From: Spizellomyces punctatus DAOM BR117
Lineage: Eukaryota
Assembly (NCBI GenBank): GCA_000182565.2
Contig: KQ257450.1
Strand: one strand, 5' to 3'
Length of the DNA: 64,000 bases
The position numbers were made by a program, and so were the translations under genes. Positions 23,838-36,889 of this stretch are shown here, piece by piece (the stretch's first letter is position 1; each line of letters starts with the position of its first letter). A model generated the notes under the pieces. It searched no databases, had not been told where the DNA came from, and saw only the letters and a list, made by a program, of their open reading frames with translations.

Positions 23838-26800
23838 ATGTCGACTCCAACCAATGAAACAAATACTCCTCCCTCACCCTCACTCCCAACCGTTGGCGTT
23901 CTCCCCACACCTATATACTACGTTGCGGATCCCTCCATCAGCGGAGCATGGCTTTGGTTTGGTATTGCTTCGGCGGTAACAGTAGTATGTGTTCTCGTCT
24001 ACGAACTCATACGGCGAAGACACGGACTGCGGAGAGTATTGTATACACGGGTTGCGACAAACAGGTTTGCATCAAGATGGAAGTCGTGCTGGAGTATGTC
24101 CTCACCGTTCTTTCCGCTCGGGTAGACGCGAGACTCCTCCTATACCAATGGGCAAATTTGGATGGCTTAAACCCGTCAGAGACCTTCCGGAAAGCTACAT
24201 TGCGGAGAATGTGGGACTGGATGCCGTAATGTACGTCATAGCTTTTGTTCACAGACGGGAGGTGTCATGGTCTCGGGAAAGACCAGCCAACTTATTATTT
24301 ATCCGAATTTCAGGTTCCTCCGGTTTCTTCGCATGTGTTGCTTTATAATAATCGGGTTGATATGCGTCCTGATCCCAATCCTGATTCCCGTAAACGTCAT
24401 GTCAAATCCCCCAGATTCAGAATCAAGAAGCAGTGTCAATTCCACGTCAGGCAGATTTTATTTTGGAAAGGAATCGCTCGAGAGATACTCGTTTTCAAGC
24501 GTTCCTCCAGGTTCAAGCTTTCTGTGGGCGCATATCGTGTGCGCGTACTTTGTCTCTGCCGTAACATACTACTTTTTGTTTACATCTTACCGTGACTATG
24601 CACGCTTGGCGGCAAGCTACATTCATGAAGACACTGGAGTCATGACGAAAAGAACCCCAGAGTGGCGAAAAGGGGAGCTGGTTCAGCTACGTACGATTCT
24701 TGTTCAAAACATACCGGACGAGCTGCAGCGCGACGACAAACTGAAAGCATGGTTTGAATCATTGGAAATTGGAGAAGTGGAAGCAGCAACATTGGATCGG
24801 GATGCAGGAAATCGACTACTTCGCCTAGCGAAACAAAGGGAAAGGGCACTGAAGAAGCTGGAGAGGAGTTATGTGAAATGGTTGGTCAACATTGACATTG
24901 AGAGAACAAAGCGGAAAGGGGGAAAGGTGTGGATGTATACGCCGGGGAGATTGCTGCGACTCCATTCAGCAAAGCTGGATCTGGCGGAAATAGGGATCGA
25001 TGAGTTGACGCTGGAACGACTGCGACCCGTTCGCAGAAAGCAAAGGACGAGGGGAAAGTCATCCAGTTGGTCGTTTGGCACCGGCAGCGATGAAATCGAT
25101 TATTTTACGAAAAAGCTCACCGATTTAACGGTGCAACTAAAGCATTTAAGACAAATCGGAAAGGGAGATCCAGGGGCCGTCTATCGTGATCCGAAAACTG
25201 TGGTACCAACGGCGGCAGCATTTGTGACATTCCGCACGCAACGTGCGGCCCAGCTTGCAGTTCAAGTTCTGCTGAGAGGATCAGATAATTATTGGTCAAT
25301 GTCAATAAGACTGGCACCTGCAGTACAGGATGTCTTGTGGGAGAATATCTCGCTTCCAGCCTGGCGTCGCGAATTGCAGAGCTGGAGTATCACCGTGCTT
25401 TCGTGTCTCTTTTCCTTTTTCTGGATCGTCCCAACGTCTCTTATTGCGTCCCTAACGAGTCTGGACTCCCTCGCAAAAGTACCAGCGTTCGAAAAAATGG
25501 TCACCAATATTGCAAAGTCTCCCCAACTCTACTTTTTGATCAAGACCGTCGGTCCACCGTTAGTTGTAAACAGTTTTAATCTCATCGTTCCGTTTATTCT
25601 CGAGTGTAGGTTGAGCATCTTCAAATTTGCTTTCTTCTGACAATTTCGCTGATCCGTTTCTCAGGGATGTCCTACCGCCAAGGAATTGAATCGAATTCAC
25701 ACGTAGAAAGAGCGACAATGTCGAAATACTTTTTCTTCCTCTTCTTCAACATATTTTTCGTTTTTACACTTGCCCAAACCATTTTCAGAGTGGTGGGAGA
25801 ATTTTTGCAAAATCCTATATCCATTATCAATTTGGCTGTGGAGGTTTTACCACAAGGGGCTACATTCTTCATTAATTACGTAGGTGACATTGAGGTGTGG
25901 TTGAATGAATGATCAGTAACTCTAACCGCATGGCGGCTTTCCGGTTTACGCTTTAGATTATCCTCAACCTGATGTTATTCCCTCTGGAACTCTTGCGTCC
26001 GGGTATTATGGTGCTCATGTTTCTTGGACGATGGTTGATAAAAACACCACGAGAGTTCCATGAGCTCAGCATTTATTCAAGCTATCTCAATTATGGTACG
26101 GACTTGTGAATGCATGCTTCATTGTTAGCGCTGTCTCGTATTTTAACTCTGTCGGTTCTTATGTGCACCATAGGCATGTTATATCCCATGCACGTATTGA
26201 TCTTTATCATCGTTATATGCTACTCTATCATTGCGCCGTTAATTCTTCTTCCTGGTGCCATTTACTTTGCGCTCGGCTGGGTTGTTTACCGGAATCAGCT
26301 GCTCTTTGTGTATGTGAAAGAGTGGGAAAGTTTTGGTCAGCATTGGGTCATGGCATTCAAAAGGTGTGTTACGGGATTGGGTGTGATGCAGGTCCTGTTG
26401 GCTGGAATGCTGGCCGTCAAGAATGGTGAGTTGTTTCAACTTATACGTTTCATAGATCTTTTTTTTTTCAAACCGCTTTCGTTCACAGCGCCGACACCAT
26501 CCGCTCTCTGCATTCCTTTGATTATCATGACGATAATTTTTTATGTGTACTGTCGAAAAGTCTTTGAAAAGCAAACGTACCTCGTTCCTTTGGACCAATT
26601 TACATGGTCTGCTCGCAAAGAGAAAGCCCAAACACAACCGGTAAACGACATAGGTTTTCAAACGGCGTCGCAGCCTTCATTACTTGCGCCGCCGTCGGTT
26701 ACGGAAACATTGGATCAGCCGCGGCGAAGCGGGCAGCACTCCATTGCTCCAACAGACCTGTCAGATGAAGGAAGCAGCGCTAGACGACCATCCCTTGCAG

Positions 26801-27459
26801 CTTCGTCGACTGCAGCAGCTCCCACAGATGACCCCTACCCACCAATGGATATCGTAACCTCTGCAGAACAGCACGCATTGGAACGTTATCCGACAAGCTA
26901 CTTGAACCCAATGCTCTCGAAACCTCTGCCAAGGCCATGGGTACCGGTCTCGATTGCAGAATGGTGGGGACGGCTGCCTCAATTTTCTTCGAGGCACAAG
27001 AAAGCAACAAATTCATCCGAGATACCGAGGGACAGTATGCAATCCACTCGCTCAACTGTCGAGCAATTGCAAAACCGCCGACCGAGCACTTACGCTAAAT
27101 TGAAGAAGCCTGGAATACAAGCCGCGGCAACAGCGGGTGCGATAGCCTTGGCTGTGGGCGCGCCCAGTCGGTTGAGCGAGGAGCCACCTGTTCATGATTT
27201 TCCATCACAATACAACAAAGAGGCCGCCCAAGAAGAATCGGATGCATGTGTACCAGCTCTCCACGTTGAAGCTGCCGAGGACGAAGATGGTACAATACCA
27301 ATTGAGATGTTGCCAATGGCTGAGGTTCAACCAAAAGAGTTCATGAGAGTTGAGGAGGGTAATGAGGATGACGTAGAAAAAGGGATGGCCCCATCCGCCT
27401 CAGAAAGTAGTATGGCGCGGTTGGTAAAAGATACATGGGACTTGGAAGAAGAGGGGTGA
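23838..27459 (+). CDS. OSCA/TMEM63 (CSC1/Phm7/Rsn1) mechano/osmo-sensitive cation channel
   Basis: VGLDAVMFLRFLRM, LWAHIVCAY, AAFVTF, LAPAVQDVLWENI, ATFFINY, YSIIAPLIL, VYRNQLLFVY; many TM segments. Confidence 0.93.
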
Positions 27460-27529
27460 TCATAGTTCTTGCATAAGACATCATAAGTATTATTCTAGTT
27501 TTTTTTTTTTAATTTATTTCATTTTCATG

Positions 27530-28476
27530 CTACAAGTCCACCGTTGGTTTCTCTTTGAATTTCTTGGCTGCTCGCTCTCCTGCTCGTGTTCGAAACTGGT
27601 TTCCATAAAGAGTAAAGAGATTGGTATTGACTTGAAATGTGAAGACGTTGTTTCGCTTGGGTATAACTTAAGCAGGAAATTAGATTGGTTTGTTGGTTCC
27701 AGCGATCAAGAAACGGGTATAGTCGTACTTTTCATGCAGTCGTCCTTTGTAATAATGTAGAACATGTTTTCCGTTTCTTTTATCACGATTCCGGATATGC
27801 CAATGTAAGTGGGGCATTTTGACTTTGCGACTGTCCAGATACTTTGCGTCAGCAAGTGATAAGGTTGAGAGAGAGCGATATCATAAGAAATGCCGCACCT
27901 GTGAGCAATGCTCCATGATAATCGGCTTTCATCATTCTGGGAAGAATTATCCCAGGTTGCGATGATTTGTCGAAAAGGTCATTGATGTATCCTTGCCAGA
28001 GGTTGTGCAGCGGGACATACAATGCGTACCTATTGATAAACAGAGACTGCCGGTATCAAATAGTGACACTCACCAAACTTGCAAAAGGTCTTGACTCACT
28101 TTTGCGCCTCCACAGGAACATCCCACACGCCCGTCTCCTTCCTCTCTTTTGCCGACATACGCTTGGTCTTCCTTTTTCTCTTCATTTCATCCTTTTTTGA
28201 TCTGCGTTGCTGTCTGATCGAGTCAGATGCTGGTGGGTTATCAACGAGTAATACTTTGTTCTTGACTTTTGTTTCGTAGTTGAGGGAAGCATTTTGATTT
28301 GATGCGACTATTGATTGGACAAAATTTGGTGTGAATGGTGTTGGAATGGCTGCATGGGTGACCTGGTAAAATCAGGTTTTAGGAATGTCACGGAGCGGCG
28401 AAAAAGGAAAGTGAAGTCTCACATCGGTGGGCACAGATGGATCTGAGGTGAGACCTATTGGTAGAGGCTCGTACAT
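27530..28476 (-). CDS. POP4: RNase P/MRP protein subunit p29
   Basis: Spliced: YVPLHNLWQGYI..KADYHGALLTV..SKCPTYIGISGIVIKETENMF..IPKRNNVFTF..LYGNQFRTRAGERAAKKFK. Start codon uncertain. Confidence 0.92.
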
Positions 28477-29950
28477 TGGCCCGGTTGCGTCGGGATTTGT
28501 AGAGAGATGCTGGTTTTGAGCGACTGCTTGCACCAACGTCAACGTCAGGTTACTACTCCATGTCAAGGAACGTGCAGTATATACACTATACCTTCATTCT
28601 TTCGTTGTCTTTTTTCTTGCAGTCTCGGCACCGGAGTCCCTGACGAGGAGGACGGGGCAGCTTTTCGTTTTGGGGGCATTTTCTAAACAGTATGCAATTT
28701 GGTCAAGAATTGGATTGGGAAATGGAGATGCTGGCAGTGGTCATGTGACTACACAACTGGCAAGAGTTCAAAAGCCTTCAGCTAGGGATTTGACTAAATT
28801 CTACAATCTTCGACCGACCAAAGTTTAGACGGCACATAGCTGCATATTAACAAGAGGCGGATGTATCTGTTTAGGATTTTATTTGGGATTCAGTCTTTTT
28901 TCTGATCTAATTTGCAAAAGGACGAGAACGGATAATGTCCTAGATTCTAAATAGAGTAATGATGATGGAAGGGACGGCAGTCACTTTATTGTCGCTGCCG
29001 ATAGAGTAATATCCCTATCGTTGCGAATGGACATTCCGCGAGGCGCTGCATTTTAAAAAGTTGTTTCTATCAACATCCAACACGAGTGTGCATTGAAATG
29101 GGCACACAGAAGCTCATGACCGGAAACGGCGTTTGTTTCTTTTCTGGCTTCGATACGAATATAACCTGGAGCTGCGTGAGCTTGCTGACCTTTGTTTTCT
29201 CGCCAATGACTGTCTCCCTTTGTTAGGAGGTCAAAATCCCAGTCCAGCTGTGATGGTCCCAAATGGATCCTTTGGGCAGTCGCCTTGCGTTTATAAAGTT
29301 GCGTCGCGGGCATCATAATGTGGTCTCCAATTCTGGCGTCAGCGTATGAATCTTTGTACTATCCTGATACAGAAAGTACCGTATAGACAGCATATTGTCA
29401 AGGCGACCGTACGATCCAAACGACAAGTGCCTGTTGTCAGTCAACGTGAAGTATATTCGATATGCAAAGGCAAGAACACTTTTAATTGGGAAATGTTCCT
29501 AATGTTGGCCTTAGATAGTCACCGAAGCACATGTCGCACTGATGCGCATCCAATCTAGTCAGGATCTGCATATGCGATTCCGGGATGTTGGCAGCATAAC
29601 ATCCAAACCGGAACCCTCCAAACTCTTCATGAAGCCATGTACAGCGCATTGCGTGGCATGCTACAGATTTTTTGGAAGGAGTCAGAGGAAATGTTGAGAT
29701 GCTGATCTTTTATTGAAAATCCGCCAAATGCCATCGGAGCTTCGACCAAAGCCTCGTATTAAAAAAACTTTGTTGAATTAATTTAGTAATTAATTTAAGC
29801 AAATTAATTGTGGCTCAACTGTTGCCATGACAAAATGACTAGGGTGAATCATCCTGCTGCTCATTCGAACTGTGGTGTAGCCCGTCGGCGAGGGTGGTCC
29901 ATTTGAACGTAGCAGCGAGACGAGCTCCCAATTATCCAGCACCCGGTGGA

Positions 29951-31188
29951 ATGACATCAATGGCTTTTCATTACAGTCCTCTAGCGCGAAGCGCCGTCAG
30001 GCTAACGAACCGAGCCTTCCATGTGTCTCCTTGCAAGAGTAGAATGCCCGCATGTGTCCGATCGTACAGTTCCTACCCAGGTCCTACCGAGAGGTTCTCC
30101 ACTTGTTCATTTGTTATTTTAAAGAAAGGATATTAAATAATGTGTTGATATTTGTACATCCAAAAGCTCATCGGACCACAAATCCCGCAAAAAAGTAACT
30201 CTGACAACTCTCGAGCGGACATACCGTCGGCAGGTCCCGATAACAGTTATGACCGCCCACGACTACCCTTCTGCCGTATTTGTGGATAAATCCGGGATTG
30301 ATATGTGCCTTGTTGGAGATTCATTAGCGATGGTTGCATTGGGATACGACAACACCAATCGGATCACCCTCGATGTGAGAATTAAGACGGCCCCTCTTAC
30401 CAGTAACCTCATGGTATTCACGTTCTCTTCTCCCACAGGAAATGCTACATCACTGCCGTGCAGTAGCTCGTGGAAGTAAGCATCCCTTTCTAGTAGGCGA
30501 TCTTCCTTTCGGATCATATGAAGCCTCTCCATCCCACGCCCTGTCATCGTCAATCCGCATGATTCGAGAGGGTCACATGGAAGCCGTTAAACTGGAAGGC
30601 GGCGTAGAAATGGCAGAAACCATTCACAAAATTACATCAGTAGGAATTCCGGTTCTCGGTCATGTGGGTCTGACACCACAGCGCGCTGCCGCGCTGGGTG
30701 GCTTCAGAGTGCAAGGAAAGACGATGGAAAAGGCCAAGAAGCTGATTGAGGATGCTTTGGCCGTGCAGGAAGCAGGTGCATTTGCAATTGTATTGGAGGC
30801 CGTCCCGGAAGTAGTCGCCAAGGAGATTACCAACAGCCTGAAAGTGCCGACTATTGGGATTGGTGCCGGAGCAGGCTGTTCCGGCCAGGTGCTGGTGCAA
30901 CTTGATATGTTGGGAGTTTATGACAAACTTATGCCAAAGTATGGTTCAGTTAAGCGAGCAGACCTATAATCTGTGAAGCACATGTATCCTAACAGGCGTT
31001 TTGACAGATTTTGCAAACTGTACGCTGAGGTGGGCAAGGCGACAATTGCTGGCCTTGAACAGTACGTTCAAGAGGTCAAGAATGGGTCATTCCCTGAATC
31101 TGGCACGCACACATATCCGATGGAAAAGGGCGAAGAGGAAAAGTTTTTGAAATGGATCAGCGAGGAGAAAAGAGACTGCTTAAAATAG
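29951..31188 (+). CDS. ECM31: 3-methyl-2-oxobutanoate hydroxymethyltransferase (PanB), mitochondrial
   Basis: [44 protein letters not shown]. Presequence-like exon 1; three introns. Confidence 0.95.
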
Positions 31189-31251
31189 GGAGTGCGACTA
31201 CTCTCATATAGACGATTTGTTTAAGAGTAGATAGAGGGCAGCAGTGGCTAC

Positions 31252-31363
31252 NNNNNNNNNNNNNNNNNNNNNNNNNNNNNNNNNNNNNNNNNNNNNNNNN
31301 NNNNNNNNNNNNNNNNNNNNNNNNNNNNNNNNNNNNNNNNNNNNNNNNNNNNNNNNNNNNNNN
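31252..31363. other. Assembly gap (112 N)
   Basis: Run of N; hides the ORC2 stop codon. Confidence 1.
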
Positions 31364-33109
31364 TTCAAACAGCTTGTCAAGCGGTACAAATAAAATTTCT
31401 GTTCCATCTGCCGCCTTTCGAGATCTAATAATACAATGATCCCTGAACTCTGTCAATTGCGTCCGGAAAGTCATCTCGTTCGACACATAAAAGTGTTCTC
31501 TGGCCTTGGCATAGTACAGATTGAAGGCTAATCCTTCCCCTTCACCATCACTTTCCTCTGCACAGGCCAATTGATGCTCACATAATATCTTGAATACTTT
31601 ACGAGCATTTCCACTCAGACTCCGTAATACCCACATAACACCGTTTGCGTCCAGAACCATTGTTCGCCCGCCTCCAGCTCCTGATTGTTGCATCATCAGT
31701 GACCCTTCGAACGTTGTTTCATTCATGTATGGCTCAAATGTGGTCACATCATGCCATATCCAATTATATCGTGCTGACTGTACATTGTCCCACAAAAGAG
31801 GAGCATTGATGTGATCTATCGTCGCAATGACGTGGAAAGTGGGTAGGGAAGCGAGAGCGCTAAGGGTGCGTTGTACTATCGGCGCGCGAAGAGGGACACC
31901 GTCAATGTTGTGGATAAGGAGGTAGAAATGTTTGGATGATCGCCTCCTTGTGAAGTAAGTTGTGAGAGCATTCATTTGATCTTGCACCGTCCCAACTGGA
32001 CCAGTGTGATTTGGCAGTACGCCATCGATGATTTTGGATAGAATATCTCGAATAGTGAGCGTTGGGAAAAAACCGTTTACCACCACCAGCGGTGCATCGT
32101 TTAACACTTCTGTTGCAAATCGGTTGAGCAAATTCCGTTTTGACCCATAGCCATAGAACAGAAGATTAAACCCGCCCATGAGCTCAAAGTACCACTGCTG
32201 AAATTGATCTTCATGGAGGGAGGTCAAAAGAGTAATAAAGCGTTCGTGCTTGACGGGTGCTCGAGCAAGTGCTGATAGGAGAGACTTGTGATCAAGTGCT
32301 GGTAGCTTCGAAAGGGTATTGTTCGAAGTTTTCGAACGGGTATCATGCAGGTTCGCAAAATAGCGCTGATAAGCTGGAGCATCTTCCGCATACTCATCCG
32401 CAATAGTGTCCTGCTCGTGATCTGTGCCTTCTTTAAGAGACGTTTCGTGTTCATCTTCCAGGCCACTATCATCTTCCTCCTCCTCATTATCGTCATCTGT
32501 CGCATCCTTATCCTCACTACTACTCCCGCCATCTTTCACCGAAGTCAGGCGTTTGGATGCTCGTCGTCGCCGTGCAAGTCTAACAGGTACCGGAGTTTCC
32601 GGTTGCTCTTCCGATTCTTCATCGTTTTTGGCACCCCTCCCTCCTCGTGTTGGCGTCTTTTTAGGTGTATTGCTCAACATATCTCTTATTCTTCCTTTTG
32701 CGCGTGTTGGAGTTGGTTGCAGATCGCCAGGCTCCAGTACTGTTACTCTTTTCACCGACTTTGAGGGTGTAGCAACGGGCTCTGCGTCATCGTTATCGCT
32801 CTCCTCGTCAGCTTCGCCTTCAATGGCTCTCCGCCCCTCTTCAACAAAATCTCTGAACCTTTTCTTACGCTTCCTTGCAAATGAATACAAGTCCTTCCCG
32901 GGTGTCCTTTCCCCACCATTCTCCTTTTCCTCCTCGTCCGCCGTCCGTTTGTGGATACGGCTGTCCTGCAGGACGGTGAGGGCATCCTTATCGATATCTA
33001 GATCACTGTCGTCTGAAGACTCGCGATTCCTTTTAGACCTACTGCTAGGGGACACTGTAAGACCTGTTTGAAGGCGCCGCATGCGTCTGGGCGTCGTGGC
33101 GTTGGTCAT
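31364..33109 (-). CDS. ORC2: Origin recognition complex subunit 2 (3' end lost in gap); no intron in the visible part
   Basis: SNNTL, QWYFELMGGFNLLFYGYGSKR, VVNGFFP, LLIHNIDG, IATIDHINAPLLWD, WHDVTTF, FRTQLTEFRDH. Confidence 0.95.
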
Positions 33110-33267
33110 TTTGACTGCTGCCGAGCGCTCACAGCCAAAACGGGCAGACGTAGGCGGGCAGGGAAGGAACACGATGAGCTCAAAGTCCGAAATGCCAGGA
33201 CATCACCATAGCAACAAGCACTTGATAGCTCTTGGGCATTCCCCCACTGCAATTGCCGATGCTGCAA

Positions 33268-33770
33268 ATGCCCGCTCACGAAACACCAAAGCTCGGCTCA
33301 CTTCCTCCTTCCCGAAGCGCTCGGTCAAAGTGCTGGACAGCACGCGACGCCTACTTTGCATGTCTGGACTCTCATAACCTCTGGCTTCAAGGTCTGGGGC
33401 CGAGGACCCACGAAGAGATCATTGCTGTTGACCCACAACGACTGGTTGTGAGTTCAGAGAGTGACAAGTCTTTGACAAAGGAGGAGAGGAAGAGACTATT
33501 CGCCTGTCGGGATATGAAGGAGATGTTTGACAGGGAGTGCTTACCATCTTGGGTCAGTACAATTACAAGCGCGTTACGCTGTCGTGCCAAAGGATTAACA
33601 CTTTTTATCCATGTGCATGCATTGAATAGGTAAATCACTTTGGTCTATTACGAGTAAAAGACCTTCAAACGGAATACTTGAAAAAGAAGGTGGATAAGGA
33701 TGAAAGAGAGCGAGAAACATCAGATGATGCTTTTTGGGAAAAAGTATCGGCGAAGCCTCGGCAAACATAA
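33268..33770 (+). CDS. COA6: Cytochrome c oxidase assembly factor 6 (COX6B family), 2 exons
   Basis: RSKCWTARDAYFACLD (CX9C) and CRDMKEMFDRECLPSW-VNHF (CX10C). Start at 33259 or 33268. Confidence 0.85.
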
Positions 33771-34410
33771 GACTTTTTATTTAATTATTATCTGAGTTCT
33801 GCATTGCATCAAATGTTGAGACTGCTTCATCATTCTTCTACTCATTATGGCTCATTGTTGCAAAGATCCTGGAATGTGCAATCAAACAAGTCTTACCACC
33901 AATCCGAGATTCGTCCAAGGAACAAATTCAATGGACATAAATCCAGCTCCGTTAGCATTAGATTACGATTTCCTTACGGCTATATTCACAGCAACTTGGC
34001 CAAAGTGTATGGACCGGACGTTGAGGTCCTTTGTGGGACGGAACTGTCAAAATAATCTTTTCGACTTTCCTCTGTGGGTTTGCTCTGTCGGTTGAGGTGT
34101 CCTAGTTGTCGAGAGTAAGCACAAGGCTGATGGACAGCTTCGAGTGGGGTCAATGGGTCGTCACTTGGCAAAGTCCAGGAAGCTTCACTTGACTTGTAGG
34201 TCAGCACTAGTCAGTATGAAGATTGAAGATAAAGATCTACTCGCAATGGTATTGAATAATATGCCTCTTTCGTGTGCGTGTCATGACTTATACTTTGGAT
34301 CCCATATCAATGGTCATCTCCAATCGGCAAAAGTTATGTTATCTGCAGAATCAAGTACACTGCCTAGTGCACTTTCTAAGCTGATCATACGCGGTACACA
34401 TGAAGAGCTT

Positions 34411-36780
34411 TCAATTTGAATTCGGCTTGCTCTTCTGTCTCTTCTTTCGCTTCTTCCTCTCAGGGTCTACTGCAGGCCGCGAAGATTCCGTTCCTTTCTT
34501 AGCTCCCACCTCCGCCAGTCTAACTTCGGCATTAGAGATATCATGCAACTTTCGCTTCTTTTGCGACTTTTTGTCGTTGCGCTGCCGATGTGCTTTGGAT
34601 GTTCCTGGTATATCCACTTCCTCTTTACAATCAAATTGCGGTTCTGTTTCAACTTTCTTGTTCACATCAGAAGTCTTTTGCGACTTTTTGCCGTTGCGCT
34701 GCCGATGTGCTTCGGATGTTCCTGGTACATCCACTTCCTCTTTACAATCAAACTGTGGTTCTGTTTCAACTTTCTTGTTCGCATTAGAAGCGACTTGCTT
34801 TCCTTTACGATTGGAAGTGCGGTCCAGCCTTACTGAACGACGTCGCTGATCAAGCTGCGATTCTGTATCAACTTTCTTGTTCGCAGTAGAAGCGACTTGC
34901 TTTCCTTTACGATTGGAAGTGTGGTCCAGCCTTACTGAACGACGAAGCTTCTCGTCCTTCACCGGACTTCGGCTCTTTTCCTCCTTTTTGATTACTGGGC
35001 ACGGATCATCATCGTCAGACAAGCCTCCTGATACAGTACAATGCTTCTCGTTCTCCTCCGAATCTTCGTTTTCTTCCTCATTTCTGATCACCGGCGACGC
35101 GTCATTATCGTCAGATGAGCCGCCTGATACCTTGCGATGCCTACGCACATCACGGCTCTGATCAGTATGATCGTGGTCAAGTTCTCGCTCCTGGTTTTCG
35201 TCGTCAGATTCCGAGTCCGATATTGGAAGAGGACGTCCACTGCGACGTCTTCCTATGGGATTAACTTCAAATCCTTCATCCTGACTTTGATCGTCACATC
35301 CTGTGAAGTACTCGGAGTCCGAGGATGACATCGGCGGAGAATTTCTGGTGGGAGGTATTCTACCAACGTTAGCATCCTTGCGGTCACGTCCCGACGAATC
35401 CGCGTCCGGGGAATCCCCAAACATCCGATCGAAGCTAGAGCCGCTGCAATCGCTGTCATCATAATGGCGGTTGTTAATGGGATGACGGCGCATATAGTCG
35501 TCATCATCCGGCGAAATACTGTCTTCATCATGCCATGGGTATCCATCGTCCCCTCCCAACATATCGGTGTCCGAAAGCCCATCCAACATGTCATCCAGAT
35601 CGGAGAGGCCGTAATTACTGTCGTAATCAAGGCCGTAATCACTGTCGTAAAAATCGCTTTCGTCATACCACCCTGAATACCCTTCGTAATCATCTGAAAA
35701 GTAGGGACCTCCACCCAATTCCGGTCCATCGCCATCATCAACAACGAAGGATAGATCAGATTCTGAATCTGACCAGCCCGGCTCGTCAAAGTAGTCTACC
35801 TCCTCCTCGGATTCTTCGGAATCCCGGGCATCACGATACACATTCCCGCACCCTTGACATGTTCCGTTAAGGACTTCCCAGTTGCACCGAGAACAGCGTC
35901 TAAGAACATGTTATTTATCATAAGTTGTTGCAAAAAAAAAGGACTGCAGCAGCATTTTTTCACATACACGACGCCATCGTCGACATCTGGGAGAATACGA
36001 TCTCCAAAATCGTTTGGAAAGTGCTCATGAAACGGGTGATTAGTAAGAGCTGCATGACTATCTCGCAATTCGTTGATGTTTTGAAGGATCTATTGATTGG
36101 TACCATCCTTAGATAAGCGATCGGACAAGGACCAAAGGGTCGTTGGGTATGGATATCAGACACTCACAGTTCTACTCTCTTCGTCATTCACTACCGTCAG
36201 ATAATCTTCCACCAATCTAGAAACTGTTCTCTCATATTGGGGCCGACAAGTAGTGTCTGCTCTACAGGTCGGACACTTTTTAGGCCTGCAAGACGAGGAT
36301 ATCAGAATAGACATTGTCACATTTCCATCTGAAAAAGCATTACCTGCTATTCTGCTCCAAGTTGTTGAACCACGCTAGAATGCAATGGTAGCAGAAAATG
36401 TGGCCGCATTCCAAGTTGTACGGACCAACAAAATATGAAGTGCATATAGCACAATGGAGATGGGAATCGAGTGCTGACAGGCGGGATGTGCGGTGTTTGA
36501 GAAGGGAATGATAACGACGAATAAATCCAACAAGTTCCTCGTGAGAGTGTGTTTCTAGCGAAGCTGGAAGGGCTGGAAGTGCCAGATGGGCAGGGAATAC
36601 TTCGCCCCTTGACGGGTTGGAAGCAGAAGCCTTGCCCGACCGCGACGAGGGGCCTTCATTGTTGCTGTCCTCTGTCTCGTCGGATGGCGAAGAGGTTCCT
36701 CCGCCCCCTTCTACCGAGTCTGCTAGGTCCAGCAGTGGGTTTCTCTTACGCTTCATCGTCCTGCCCTTCCTGGTGATCAT
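34411..36780 (-). CDS. RING E3 ubiquitin ligase, Psh1-like, with second Zn motif and acidic/low-complexity tail
   Basis: C3HC4 RING CAIC..CGHIFCYHC..CPTCR. After splicing DVDDGVVRCSRCNWEVLNGTCQGC, then acidic SDLSFVVDD, as in the fungal Psh1 family. Confidence 0.8.
34558..34944. repeat. Two overlapping intragenic tandem duplications (117-bp period x2 and 102-bp period x2)
   Basis: About 34558-34674 vs 34675-34791, and about 34759-34842 vs 34861-34944, are near-identical. They encode repeated NKKVETEPQFDCKEEVD.. and RRSVRLD.TSNRKGKQVAS. Confidence 0.9.
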
Positions 36781-36889
36781 AATGCAAATGTCCGAGATCT
36801 CTGCCCAGATCGCTTTGACTTGTTGAAGCGCACGTGATCACACATAAACCGCGACTGCTGCAGTACCAACCTTTCACACATGTTTACAG

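Noticed and set aside
28636..28670. CTGACGA as a hammerhead ribozyme core
   Set aside because: No GAAA after stem II and no stem III or cleavage triplet.
31157..31251. ORC2 ORF continuing across the N gap and overlapping the ECM31 stop
   Set aside because: Artefact of translating Ns; the true stop is probably inside the gap.
32424..33071. Long antisense ORFs (also 11105-11623 and the minus-strand ORFs over 61996-63905)
   Set aside because: Shadow frames of low-complexity or coiled-coil coding sequence on the opposite strand.
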